Source: Chrysomallon squamiferum (Eukaryota > Animalia > Mollusca). Taken from it: a DNA stretch of 64,000 nucleotides. The stretch is from contig CM022675.1 of assembly GCA_012295275.1 (NCBI GenBank), forward strand, positions 17,174,001-17,238,000. The letters are read 5' to 3'. The notes beneath the pieces are model-generated. The model was not told the origin of the DNA, did no database searches, and saw nothing but the letters and a program-made list of their open reading frames with translations. Made by a program: the position numbers and the translations under genes. Within the stretch, counting starts at the first letter, position 1. Each line of letters begins with the position of its first letter. Below, in pieces: positions 29,151 through 63,158 of the stretch.

Positions 29151-29729
29151 ACGTACACTGAAAAATAACATCACTGACGATTCAGCTAAGTGTTTCTAAT
29201 ATTTTGAAACCATCGGCAATATCGTAACCGTACAGTTTCGTTCCAAAACACTTTAAGCATTAATTTATTTTAATCTGGCCACGTCCCTTATTATATAAAT
29301 ATAAGATGAATTTTTTTTTCATTATATAATGAGATAGACAGAAAGATTAACCCCTTGAAAAAGACAAATAACAAAAACAAACAAAAAACAACAATAACGC
29401 ATTTAACAATGAATTGATGTATCATTTATCTGATTCTAATATATTTTTATACATGAAGCAGTGATGCATGTTTTCTTTATTAATTATGCATGTCAATTCA
29501 AAATTTCTTTTAGCAGCAATTCTTACACTACCAAAAAGAATCTAGATATAATTATTTTGTAAACTGGTTTCAGTCGACAAATGTGTTTTAAAAAGTCTCT
29601 ATTATGACAAATGAGTTACATTGTTTTAAGTTTCAGTTTCCTAATATTAACTGATACTATTAAACACACATACACTCTCTCCCTTTTTGTTTCCTGTGTT
29701 TGGGTGTGTGTTTTTGTGCGCGTTTTTTT

Positions 29730-29835
<106 letters not shown>

Positions 29836-30774
29836 CGTGTGTGTGTGTGTGTCGTTAATTTATGCAGTGATGGTAAATCAAGAAAACGAAGATATTTAGT
29901 ATAGACTGGGTGGGTTTTTACACCATTAAAATCTCAGTGAACCCGGTGTAGATCAGAAGGAATCGAACATTATTGTATGTGGATAAGAAATACACTTTTT
30001 GGAAACAATGAATGAAGGTCCTATACTTTATTTTGACTTTTGTATGAACCTATCTATCTAATGTCAATATTTGAAACTATAGCAATATGTTGATTTGTTC
30101 GGATACCATTTACTAACTTAACCTTGAAGATAAGTCCTATTGTCCTTCACAGAAGACATAGATTCGTATTGATTTTTCCATATGGATAGTTTATTTTTTA
30201 TTTATTTATTTATTTTTGTTTATTTTTTGACTAACAAAGGTTACTAGGGTTACTCAGATAGTGAAAAGATCCGCTAGCAAAATTTGGAGTACATTTAGAA
30301 GGTTAAAGGCATACATATATATATATATATGAGAGCTGGGGAAACCGACACACAGATAAAAAAAAGAGAAGTAAGAGAGAGGAACGGATTTGTATCTAAA
30401 TATTAAAACATACAAATAAAAATAGTGAGGGAGGTAGAGAAAAGAAAACATGGAGGGATTTATATCGAAGACAGTTAGCCAATTTAAATTTAAAAAAAAC
30501 GTATTTAATGAAATGAAATGACATTTATTTATTCAGATGTACTATCGCAATTATGCATTCATTCGTGAATAAAACATTTAGCAAATAATTAATAAACATT
30601 TGTACGCGTTTTAAAACAATGATAATCATTTTTGGTTTCTTATTTTCTTGTTAACATACGTTTATCTGACCAATAAAATAACCATCAATAAGGTGTCACT
30701 GACCGGTTAAATGGGATTAATATCACAAAATTTGAAACATTTATTTATATACGTGCAAATAACTGTAAGTTTAT

Positions 30775-30832
<58 letters not shown>

Positions 30833-30844
30833 TAATAATAATAA

Positions 30845-30879
<35 letters not shown>

Positions 30880-31172
30880 ACATAACAGCAAACCTTCACT
30901 ATAATATGAAGTGATAAATATAACAAAATCTTTGTTAAACCTTTATAGTCATAATCGTATTAACTACTGCTGAACTTGGAAGTAAGACAGTGTTATAGAA
31001 AGACCGCACTGTATTACTTCCAAGGAAGAATTGAAATTCTAATCGCTTCTATTCATTTATGTGGCTATAGTAAATCGAATCAAATTAAGCTAAAATATAG
31101 TTTTTACAGATACTGAAACACTGTTGTCCCAACTGTTGTCTTTTGGTCCCAGCATATCAGTACACAGATAGA

Positions 31173-31213
<41 letters not shown>

Positions 31214-32048
31214 CAACAACAAAGAAATAAAAATAAAAACTTAATATCAGAATTCAAAATTATGAAATAATTAATGAAGTCATTAAAAGATAGAAATATT
31301 AACAATTCTTAAATACATGTTAGAAAATATTTAAATTATTTAGAGAAAACCGTGGGAACTTTTTTGATAGCAATGAGCTTTAAATTTATGCTTTTCCAAA
31401 AATAAACCTGATACCTTGACCCGTAGGTCACCAATTTGAAATAAGTTGAGACAAAAATCCTTGGAGGACCCCAGTACATTAAATGGTGAGTCTCCACCTT
31501 CTGTTAGGTGTGTAAAGAAACGTTCGGACACTTTCTTTGTCGTATGCTAATCCGATCCGCGTCGTCTGCTGTTGAAAAAAAGCACTTGCCGTTAACTTCG
31601 CCCAAAGGTAAGTGCTTTATATTCGCCTAAAGGTAAGTGCTTTAATTTTTGCAGAATTTAAAAGCAAGTTAAACAAAATGTTTGAGACTAGAATAATATA
31701 GTTAAGTAAACAAACAAACAAATTAATTAGTAAATAAATAATAAATACGTTAAAAATTAATAATGAAACGATGATCCAGACTAATCGTATCTCCTGCCAC
31801 ATCCCAAAACATAAAATAAAACCCTCTCAAAAAAGGAAAAAAAAGAAAAAAGTCCAAAATACGTGAACGAAACCAAGGCATGTTTGAAAATAAAAAAGAA
31901 ACAATGAACAAACAAACAACTCTCACACTCACAAAATTTACACCAAAAAGATTTCACCCAAATATGTAATTTAAAATCGATTTTGATTCAATATTAATTT
32001 AAAGAGAAAATAAGGAAAAAAGAAACGTTTATTAATGTTATTCATGAT

Positions 32049-32966
32049 TGTAGGACATTTCCCATCGAACATTTGACTTTCGGACAGGGCTCACTGGACA
32101 GGGCTCACTGGACAGGGCTACTGGACAGCTGCTCACTGGATATTGCTCACCTCAAAAGTTAAAGGACATTTGCCCACTACCATTTCTTAAATATTTTTTT
32201 AAGGATATTCTTTGTAATATATGTAACTAGCCTCATTATTAATTGATATAAATAAAATTATTTTCGCATACACGTTTCTTAAATCAGAACACATAAAATA
32301 TTTGTATGCAAGATAACATAATTTTCCAAGGTCAAAAGATTCTTTGATTAGACTCGTTTTGACATTCAATTAAATGAAAGATGGGATTATTCTAATTGAT
32401 GGGATAATTGCACTCAAACTCCCAAAATCACTTGAAATAAACTCTATTTGAATAATCCCACTGAAGTAAATCAAATGCTGGGTTCTTCTCATTGACTGTT
32501 TTTAAAGTTATCTATGTACTCAGTCAGAGCTGTTCCAAATTTGGATTGCTGTGGGAGTTGCATTAGGTCATAGAGACATCGGAACTTGAAATCATTTCTA
32601 AATTCTAATGCAATATGGAGATTATCAAATTCAACAAAGGCCAAAAACAAAGGTCACGCATGTACGTGCAGATGATCACTGAGGAAGACTGGATTCGCTG
32701 GGTCTGCTACAAGCAAAGTTCCATTGGATGTAAAGGTGATCTGATATCCAGCGTTGCCTTTCAGTATCCTAGGTCGTTTGTGAATCACAACTAGTTTCAG
32801 CTATGATGATCCAGTTTAACTTTTTTTAAATGTGTAACTAAAATTTCTTATTAGATATAATTTCCGTTTGTCTAGCGACATGGTAATCGTCGATTTTGGG
32901 GGCTGAACAACTGTCCAGTGAGCAACTCTCCGGTTAGAAAAGGTCTTGCTACCAAATGTCCTGACA
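32049..32966 (+). mobile_element. Decayed Mutator/Phantom-like element with FLYWCH zinc-finger remnant
   Basis: Inverted ends tgtaggacattt / aaatgtcctgaca; ~15-bp subterminal repeats ggacagggctcact on the left, mirrored by ctgtccagtgagcaa on the right; 59-codon ORF 32615-32794 MEIIKFNKG...MY...WIRWVCYKQSSIGCKG...NHN*. No clear TSD. Confidence 0.7.
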
Positions 32967-33674
32967 TCATTACAGATAGCCTTGTTTTAATTTTGTTACA
33001 GGCACTAAAAATATTATAATTGTATATATAAATTAAATAGCATATTGTCATCACTGCGGTAATACTGTAATTATGAATATTATGGAAGACTAAACCAATA
33101 CTGAGTTTTAAACATCGTTATTAGTTTTAATGGTTTATAACTTTAATGCTTGAGAGCAATTACTAATTCCTAATGAATCCTAGATAAATATTTTCATTCC
33201 TATATGCATATTCATGCGTCTATTTCCTGCAGGCAATCTGGAATCAAGGAGTATCTATTATCTCATTCTTTCTGAGTAAACACCAATACAGGAATTAAGT
33301 GTACGTCACTATGGTTAATACCTACTGTTTAAACATGTTGTGTAAATATCAGTATTAGACGTCATTTAGGAGCAATGAATATAAATAAGTATGCTACTAT
33401 TATCAGTCTTATTCAAAGTAGAAAACAGTCTATAAACAAATTAATTGTTATTACTTATTAATTATAGAAAAAAAACAAAAAAACAACAACAGAATATAAA
33501 TAGTTTATGGTTATGAAAATATTAAGCTTAGATTTTTTTTACCGGAATAGAGACAATTTTACATATACAGAACAAGTTTCATGCATCTTGCATTTGTTAT
33601 TGGCGAATTTCAGTTGTAATTTTCTTTAAATACTTCAAAGAAACTTTTGGCTTCTGATTTCAGAGTAAATCGAA

Positions 33675-38036
<4,362 letters not shown>

Positions 38037-39064
38037 AAGGGGATGAACACACATTCACCATTCAAGATGGCTATCCAGAGTGATCACAAACTTGTCAAAG
38101 ATACTTAAGTTTTAGTTTACTGACGTATTTTTCATATAAAGATACTTTTTTCTATTTATTATATATATTTAGTTTAAATTATCTCCACTTATTAATTTAA
38201 TTACTTTTACCACACACACACACGCACACACACACACACATACACACAGACGTACACAAAAAACACATATAAAACGATTCCTAAAACCTCGCCGTGCATT
38301 AAGTTTTGTACTGAGCTTCCACTTCAGATATAGAAAATCAACAATTTACGCTTATATAATACAAGTAGATTACTTAGTGTAACTAACACTAAACATTTTG
38401 TTTTCTGGGCTTATGTACTTTGTCCAAGCCTTAATTTTGGCTTAATATTAAACCCAGATATAAATCTATAATGTTGTGACCAATAGAAAATTGTTTTTTT
38501 GCTGTTAATGAAATTACTGTAAAACAACTAGTTACATTATTTATTTAGAAATATATTTTTTTCTAGATAATTTGTTATTGTATATATGTTTTTGAATATA
38601 TGTGTATTAGTGTATATTAATGTAATAAAGTTATTTAGATATGTTGCTTGTTTTATGATTAATAAGATTTTTTTTATTCTGACATAATAGAAATTATAAT
38701 AAAGCTCAATGAAGATAAAAATACTAAAGTAAGACCAGATGCCATGTATTTATATTACTATAAATAAAGAAAATGTTAAAAACACATTGCTCTAGATATG
38801 ATCCGTACTAATATGGTAGAAGAAACGCATTGTTATTCCTATACACTGAACCGTTGTCTATGTGTTTGTGTGTTTGTGACTGCTAGGAGCATCCGACGTC
38901 ATTCACGTTTTTGTAGCTTGTAATGCATTAAAATGTTTCGTCAGATACGTCTATTGAAGATTTTGCTAATTTGTGAAGAAAGGCAGCAGGCCTTCTATCT
39001 CATACATATACATTCTAATATTTATAATAGCATTAACAGCGTATCTAAATGTTCCCTGGTAGTC

Positions 39065-39155
<91 letters not shown>

Positions 39156-39570
39156 CTTGAGCAAAATAATATAAAAATAACCTTTGGCTCTTCGTTTAAT
39201 AACATAAGGGTCAATTTTATGTCATAGGTACTGATAATTATGATAAGACACAACCATACGTGACACATATATATTTTCTTAATAGCGTCAATATTTTAGT
39301 ATTATTGAGTGTCAAAAAAATCTCTAATATTTTAAAAAGAGAGTACAGAGATAAGTTTGAATTAATAGTTCTTAATGCAGAAGATTGACGTGTTCTATCA
39401 AGCAAGATATTAAAAACATGTTTACTTCATAAATATCAGGTTATACTATGATAATAAACTGTCCACTTTTCTACATTTAGTTATCAGTGACTTTCAAATA
39501 CATTTCAAACTGAACGGTAGGTTTCAAATTCGGATGAACACCCGACGTTCCTGCTTTTTAATAAATCTTA

Positions 39571-39736
39571 AAAAGTGGAAATTATCTTAATCGAATGCTG
39601 AATGGCCTAGAAATATTTCACCGATATATTTAACTTTTATATACATTAAAAGTGGAAATTATCTTAATCGAATGCTGAATGGCCTAGAAATATTTCACCG
39701 ATATATTTAACTTTTATATACATTAAAAGTGGAAAT
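39571..39736. repeat. 77-bp tandem duplication (2 copies plus partial third)
   Basis: aaaagtggaaattatcttaatcgaatgctgaatggcctag...atatacatt starts at 39571 and 39648; partial at 39725. Confidence 0.9.
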
Positions 39737-40198
39737 ATAAAGACTGAACGAATAATTCAGTACAGATGATAATCAAATTAAAGAAAAAATCTTAACAAGT
39801 CAGTTAATGTAACTTTCCATTAATGAAATAAGTAGAATGTGTGACACTTTGAATATATTTATTTAAAATATATTTGTAAATTTTTATATCTTAAAAAAAC
39901 CTATGAATACTGCACCTTTTAATCACTGAACTATAGCCTTTCTTCAAACAATACATTTCAACCTTTAATACTGCTTAAGGATAACAATGTCCTATCTATA
40001 CCCTTTCTTCAGGTTTCGTCCCCCTCCTTATCTTTCTTCTTTTTTTATAAAATATTTCCGCGTTCTTCTTTTTTCAGTTCCTTATTTTTATTTCTTAAAA
40101 GTCAAGTTTCATGTTTTAATATACCTTAAACTGAAATATGCTGCTTTCCTCATCTGTTAATTTATATTAGATAACGACTTTAACTAAGCCCAGTGTTT

Positions 40199-40237
<39 letters not shown>

Positions 40238-40563
40238 ATACTGGAACATCATGAAACATTAATTTATTTTTAAATCAAAAAATTAATTTAATCAGCTAGA
40301 ATTAAATATTTTGATTAATAATAGTAATAATAATAATAATAATGATAATAATAATAATGATGATGATAATAATAATAATAATAATAATAGTAATAATAAC
40401 AATAATAATAACGTAAATTGATATATACGTTTTCTTTTATTGCAGTAAATTGCTACATTATATGTATTTGAATATAGGGATGCATTAGATGAATTAAAAA
40501 GTTTAGACTTATACTTGTGCTAATAAATAAATAAGCAAACAAACAAACAAACAAACAAACAAA

Positions 40564-40598
<35 letters not shown>

Positions 40599-41043
40599 CT
40601 ACGTTAAGTAGTCATATGGTTATTTAAAACCAGATCAATGAGATCATTATAGAAATCACTTTCCATATATACCATTTTATAATCAAACAGTCTCCAGAAT
40701 TTCTGATCCTTCGAGGATCTTTCGTTGTGTGTGCATTATAGAAATGACTACTCAATACTTTGTATAGAATGTAATGAATGGTGCTTGTAAAGTATATTAT
40801 AATATAATTAAAACTTAATAAAATTTAAATAACACAATTTCTATAACTCATTACGAATACGCTAACTATCTGATGTAAACTGTCTGTTTTATATTAATTT
40901 AAAAGTATGAAATGAAAATTGATTTTCTAACCAAATGTTTTAATAATAATTTATAAAAGAAACTGGGAGTTTCCTTTCTCTTTTCAATTACTGGAAATTC
41001 TAAAAAAAAAGAAGAAATCCCTATTTTCTTACTCCACTTGTTT

Positions 41044-45938
<4,895 letters not shown>

Positions 45939-46282
45939 CTGAAAAATAAGTAAAAAAGAAATATTTATATGTATAGTAGTATCTAGATTTTATTTTATTG
46001 TTTTGTTTCAAATAATCGAGATCAAAAGATTGTTTAATAATTCTTAAAATACTGTTGTATGAATATAGGTTCTTCATACACTTGTATCTTTAAAATGAGA
46101 GACAGGAATCCCGTTAGTCATTCACAAAAACAATAAAATTCCTCAAGCTTATGATTTAACGAATAAATTACAGCATTCTTTTCTTAATAACATCAAGTAC
46201 GACCATTTAAAACAAATACTACAGAAAGGCCGTGAACAAAACGCTTAAAAGTTTTAATTAAATCAATGAACAAATAGAACCA

Positions 46283-46317
<35 letters not shown>

Positions 46318-48506
46318 ATTAGAATGCAGTTTAAAATTGAAAAGTATAATCATAAACTAAACAATAAGATAAATATACTAAAATTGTTTTACAACCCATT
46401 ACTCGACATCGTTGCAGTCATTTTCAACTCAGCTTACAGTTTTCATGCACCACATTTCGTAACCGATAAACGTCCTTACTCTCGTTCGTTCTTTTATTCA
46501 TTAATTCTTTCGCAAGAAATAAATACAAGTAAACAGCAAAGATTATTTAGCAAACAATTCCAATCAGTCTAATCTGAGGCATACCTAATAGACAAATTCA
46601 GGACAACATTTCAATAGAATGCATTAAAAATTTTGACCCTATTTTGTATAATAAGAACCTTCTTTTTGAAATGTAAAAGTTAATGAAGCCATAAGTAAGC
46701 AGCAGTGCCTTACAGTACCTTACCGTACGAAGTCAGGATGTACAACACCACGCCTTGCCAGAACCACGCTATCACAGTTCACGTTACAGAATTCAATACT
46801 ACAAATTCTACCGTACTATTCCACAGTACATCAGACTATAACCCACGAATATTATACAAGGCTAACCTAGACGTTCTTGGTTATGTTCTTCGGGGTAACA
46901 TACTTCACACTACAAAACTATTCCATTCCAAAAATTGATTTATTATAAATGGCAAGTATCACCTTGTTTTAGTTTGGAAAACCTCCACTTCAAGATATTT
47001 GAGCCAAATGAATTTCTTCTAAATTATATGCTTTAAGTTAAATAGGTATGACTTTGAAGGCAGCATGATAAAAATTAAACAATTAAAATTCTTTAGGATT
47101 ATTTTTTTCTCCTAATCCATATGGAAATTTCTAAGGACGCTAATCACCACTGCAGTGTCTCGGAGACGGCAGAAATCTGTGTGGGTCTTTGTTGTTGTTA
47201 ATAAATCTTAAATAAGTGCCACGAAAATAAATCGGAAGTTTCTGTGAAAGAAAAATCAATGTGTACCCCTACAGCGCCGACAGGAGTTTTATGAGAAACT
47301 TGACTTTTATAGATGAAAATCTATAACCGGTTTTGAAATAAATCAGATTCAATTACCTAGCAAACACAACTCAGCCTCAATATTATTTTTCCACGTTTTG
47401 ACACGTAATACATTATTATTATAAAAAAGGATATCTAACTGTATGTATGCAAATACATATCTGTAACATACGTACGAACGTATGTGTGTATGTATATATG
47501 TATATTGGTGCGTTTGTATATTTTTTTATGTGTGTGTTTGTAAGTATGATACGGTGTATGTGCCTGTATATACAGATAGACATTAAATTAATATTTTTTT
47601 CTGGTAAAATTACGTCTTCGTAAATAAATGAATAAATTCATAAATAATCATTTTTATTATTATAATTGTGGGTACTAGCAGCAAGAGTAGTAGTAGTAGT
47701 ACATAAGAACGAAAATAAAGCAATAAGTACTTACGATTTTAGTAAGGAGAAAACTTACGGTATTAACTCTGAAAGCAGAATCAAGGTATTAAGTTTTATC
47801 TGCATAAAGCGATACATTTCTTTTTCTAATTATTTAAAAAAAAAAAAAAAAAAATGTTTTTGTTTTGTTTGTTAGACAAAATAAAAGTTGGAATGGAAAT
47901 TCAGAATTAATAACACTCATTATTGTTAGAATGGAGCACTCAAAATAACTATTTCACAGTTATAATATGGCTTTTTCTCAAAGTATGAGAAAAACGATTA
48001 CTGTTACTACGTAAACATTTATTATGAAGGTGGTGAACATTATTGTGTTCAATTCATGGCCAGGCTTGCAATGAGGTTAATATTCATTTCTTTGAGAGTA
48101 TCGCACTCTGGTGTAATAATCTTAATGATATATCGCTGTTTAGATTTAGGTTCTGTGTGTTTATTGATTTCTTATAAAATTATTACGTTTCACTGGCAGT
48201 ACAGCGATTAATGGTCTTTGAGAAATTAGCAATTCTGAACAGTGGAGTGTTTAGGAGTGGTTAGCTATATGGTTAGAATGGCCTCAGGTGCATTGGATTT
48301 CGGGTCAAACATCCTTACTCCTTTAATTTAACTATATCCGTTTCAACCGGGTTCCAAAGACTTGTATTAAAGGCCGTAGTAAAGTCTATAAAGAAGACAA
48401 TGTACTGGTAATGGAAAGAAATCGTGATTTTTGCCCCGTATTATTAAAAAAAAGGAAAAGATATCTAATTGTATGTATGTATGTTTGTTTATTTGTTAGT
48501 GTAGAT

Positions 48507-48864
48507 CAGTGGTTCTCAAAGGGTGTGCCTGGAGACATGCTTAGGCGTGCCCCACGAAATTAGGATTTTCCTCTCTCACCAACATCAAGTGCGAAAAAAG
48601 ATCAAATCTTCGGTCTGCTGACGAAGAAATGAGTTTGCTAATCATACATACGCCCCAACATTGAAGAAATTGCCAAGACACGTCAGGCTCATACTTCTCA
48701 TCAGCACAAAATAGATGATGAATAAAGGTATACAACCTTCTTTCAGTTATTTCTGTATTTTTTTACATTTTGCATCATAATTCTTAGCATTTTGTGTGTA
48801 GTGTGCCCGCAATTTTTTGTAAGGCTTCAAGTGTGCCCGACTTCAAAAAGCTTGAGAACCGCTG
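48507..48864 (+). mobile_element. Non-autonomous hAT (Buster-type) element, 358 bp
   Basis: TIRs CAGTGGTTCTCAA / TTGAGAACCGCTG; perfect 8-bp TSD gtgtagat (48499-48506, 48865-48872); frameshifted transposase C-terminus ELGFSSLTNIKCEKRSNL...DEEM...IRPNIEEIAKTRQAHTSH. Confidence 0.92.
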
Positions 48865-49523
48865 GTGTAGATTTATGTGTGTACGTGTGTTTGTATGAAC
48901 TAATGTATTTTTTCTTCTTGTTGTTTTTCTATGCTGTTTACAGCAAATCGAAATTTAATTTGTTATCTTTGTTAGATGTTATTATTTGTCTACGACACCG
49001 AAAAATACTTATTTAAGTTTAAACTTAAGTTACAAATGCACGAAAGTTGAAAAAGGTGGATTTAATTTAATATAAATTCCTCACGAACGTTTTAGATTGT
49101 TTTGCACTGATAACTGTTGTAATATATATCTATCAGAATTTCAAACAACAAATCCTATTATTACTATACTAATTCATTATTCGTCGTTTCAGCGCCATTT
49201 TGGATAGACTGCCGCTTTTTAGTTTAAACCACCGATCTGTTGTTCGAGTGGATGGATTTCTCGTGTAATGGCAGAGAGAACTAATCCAGTAAATTAAGTA
49301 ACAAAACAAAGTAAATCAGGTGACAAGACTGTAACATGGCAAATGAAACAAAATGTGTGAAACGATCGTGACTGTCTGCAGCGGCAAATTTTTATTAAGA
49401 CCATTTTTTTTCTCTGATTATTTCTTTATTACCGCTCTCTTGAAATGTGTGCATGCGTTTGTGTATGTGTATGCATGCATGTGTGTGTGTATGTGTGTGT
49501 GCATTTGTGAGTGGGTGTGTTTA

Positions 49524-49558
<35 letters not shown>

Positions 49559-49997
49559 GTGTGTGTATGTGTGTGTATGTGTGTATGTATGTGTCAATCA
49601 GAGTAAATCTCTTCAGATTTAAACGTCTTATTTTGTGAATTTCTCTCCAATTCCTAACATTATTCAGTCAAAAATATATATTTCCAAATTTAAAATAAAT
49701 TTTTTGTTATAAACTGCATATTATCACCTCGAGTTTCTTCCTTATATCTTCAATGAAAAATAATTTGTTTCCATGTCAAATAAAATAATGAAAAAAATTA
49801 TATTTGATTCCCGTCCTGGTACAATGAGATAAAAACTTCGTCTCGATAACCAAGTAAAATATTTTATTTCATTATATTATTATATAGTAAGAAGAATTTC
49901 TTCAAAGATGATTCTATGTTATTTAATAAATAAATAAATAAAATAAAATACCCCATATATCTGTGGCTGCTTTCACGTACTTTGTTATTATTATTAG

Positions 49998-50025
49998 CTG
50001 AAATGATAGGTTACAATGAAATCGT

Positions 50026-50105
<80 letters not shown>

Positions 50106-50665
50106 TTCATAGACTGAAATCAGTATTAGTCTTATTCGTTCTTTTAAAAGTAATTAACAGCTGATTTTATCTGAGTGTTTTAAATTTCGTTTGAGTGATT
50201 CCTTTATGTTTACAAAGTTAAAACAATATCAGTTGTAAATATACCGAACAGTCTGACGAGATTCATTCAGTTTAAACATCATAAATTACAAAATCGTGGT
50301 CAGGGTCCAGGCATATTATCGGCCACAAAATACTCGCGTCTCAAAAACCACAGTTTGAAACTTTCTAAAAAGGTATATGCTGAAAGACATGGATGTTGTC
50401 CGTTCAGTATCTCTAGTAGATTTTTCATAATATGATATCGAAAATCCCAATTTCGGAATGTAATAATGTCGTCTTATCATTAGTGTATTTGAACACTCGA
50501 TTGGCAAAGTCCTCAGCAGTGCAGTTTCGATATCTAATTTTGATTTTAGCCTTATGTACAGATATCAAGAGTAACTTGAAGTATTGACCAGTAATCACGT
50601 GAATTGTTAGAAAGAGTAAAAATGTAGTTCTTTTTACTCATTCATTCATTCATTCTTCTTCTTAT

Positions 50666-50718
<53 letters not shown>

Positions 50719-50724
50719 TTATTA
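49998..50724 (+). repeat. ~0.75 kb dispersed duplication, copy 1 (intergenic)
   Basis: Near-identical to 60940-61708; both yield the same 63-aa ORF in the ORF track. Confidence 0.92.
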
Positions 50725-51932
50725 TAATTATTATTGTTATTATTATTGTTGTTGTTATAATTACTAATTCTATTACGCTATGAAAGCTATTACTAACTGC
50801 TATTATAACTATCACCACTTTCTACAACTACTACTACAACTACTACTACTATTACTATTACTACTATTATTGTTATTAACATTCTTTTAGAATGGTTGTC
50901 TTTACTGAACTTTGATGTTCGGCAAGATGTTTTACAAAACATTTATCACATTTAAAAAGATTGTTTTATCTTTACAACCTGCGTTTAGTTGCGTTTTCAT
51001 TTGCATTATTAGAGAAAACATTTTTAAAGTGCGCTAGTCTGTTTGTTAGCGGTACTCTCTGTTTTATATCTTAGAATTATCTACAGTATAACATTATTTT
51101 TTGTACACTGACAATGCCGCCCGCTATACGACTGCGGCAAAATTTATTGAATCTGCTGTCCATCAGGGAAAATAAAAACCGTGAATTAAATTAATTTGGT
51201 TCTTTACTTTAATCTAATTTTAAATTATATTTAGTTTTGTATATCATATTAATTATTCATATTAAGGTTTATATTATTTCTAACGCCCTTAGGAAAATCC
51301 GAATTTTTGACTGTCCGGACAATAGAAAAGGTTGCAGAGGTGAGGTTGTTTTCTTTTCTTTCTTATTTATTTATTTTTTGTATATTTATTTATTTATTTA
51401 TTTTTGTTAAAATTCAGAATCTGTTTACACATTAACCTTTTCAGCAACACGAGCTGGATAAAAAGCCAACACATAGCAATGATAATTCACACTAGAGAGA
51501 AAAGGTGTTTAGACAAACAAACTGCACAATAACCGTTCCATCACTGGTGTCAGCAACAAAGAAAACAAATCTATCACATTTTAATTAACGATACCGAGAA
51601 ATGTTCAAAACATATTAAGCGTATAATAATTGTTTACATCTTTTGTCTTCAGATACACGTCTGTCTTGTAAATCAAACAGTATTACATAAACTTCGTTTC
51701 GTAATTTAATTAATCTTGAAGATCTCATTTTAAAAAAAGAAAAACAAATATTCATTCATATACATAATAGTAGGTATGTCATGAATATACTGTAATTATA
51801 CACCTGATAAAAAATTGCATTTATTTTTCATTGTAACTAAATTAATTTACATAATGTAGAAATGTTTTGAAGTGAGACACTACGATATCACAATAATGAC
51901 TGTAAACGTTTTATTATTTTTCTTGTTGATTT

Positions 51933-52050
51933 TAAATATCTCTATTTCTTATAATTTGTCACAAACTAATTGTAAATATCTCTGTTTCTTATAATTTGTC
52001 ACAAAGTGATTGTAAATATCTCTGTTTCTTATAATTTATCTCAAAGTGAG
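51933..52050. repeat. 40-bp tandem repeat x3 in the presumed guanylate cyclase 3' UTR
   Basis: taaatatctctgtttcttataatttgtcacaaagtgattg unit repeated three times with few changes. Confidence 0.85.
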
Positions 52051-52096
52051 ATTATTTTTTACATTTGTTTGCAATATCTTTGTGACTGTAAACGGT

Positions 52097-63158
<11,062 letters not shown>

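Noticed and set aside
50316-50507. 63-aa ORF present identically at 61310-61501
   Set aside because: Non-ATG start and no recognisable motif; identity reflects DNA duplication, not coding constraint.
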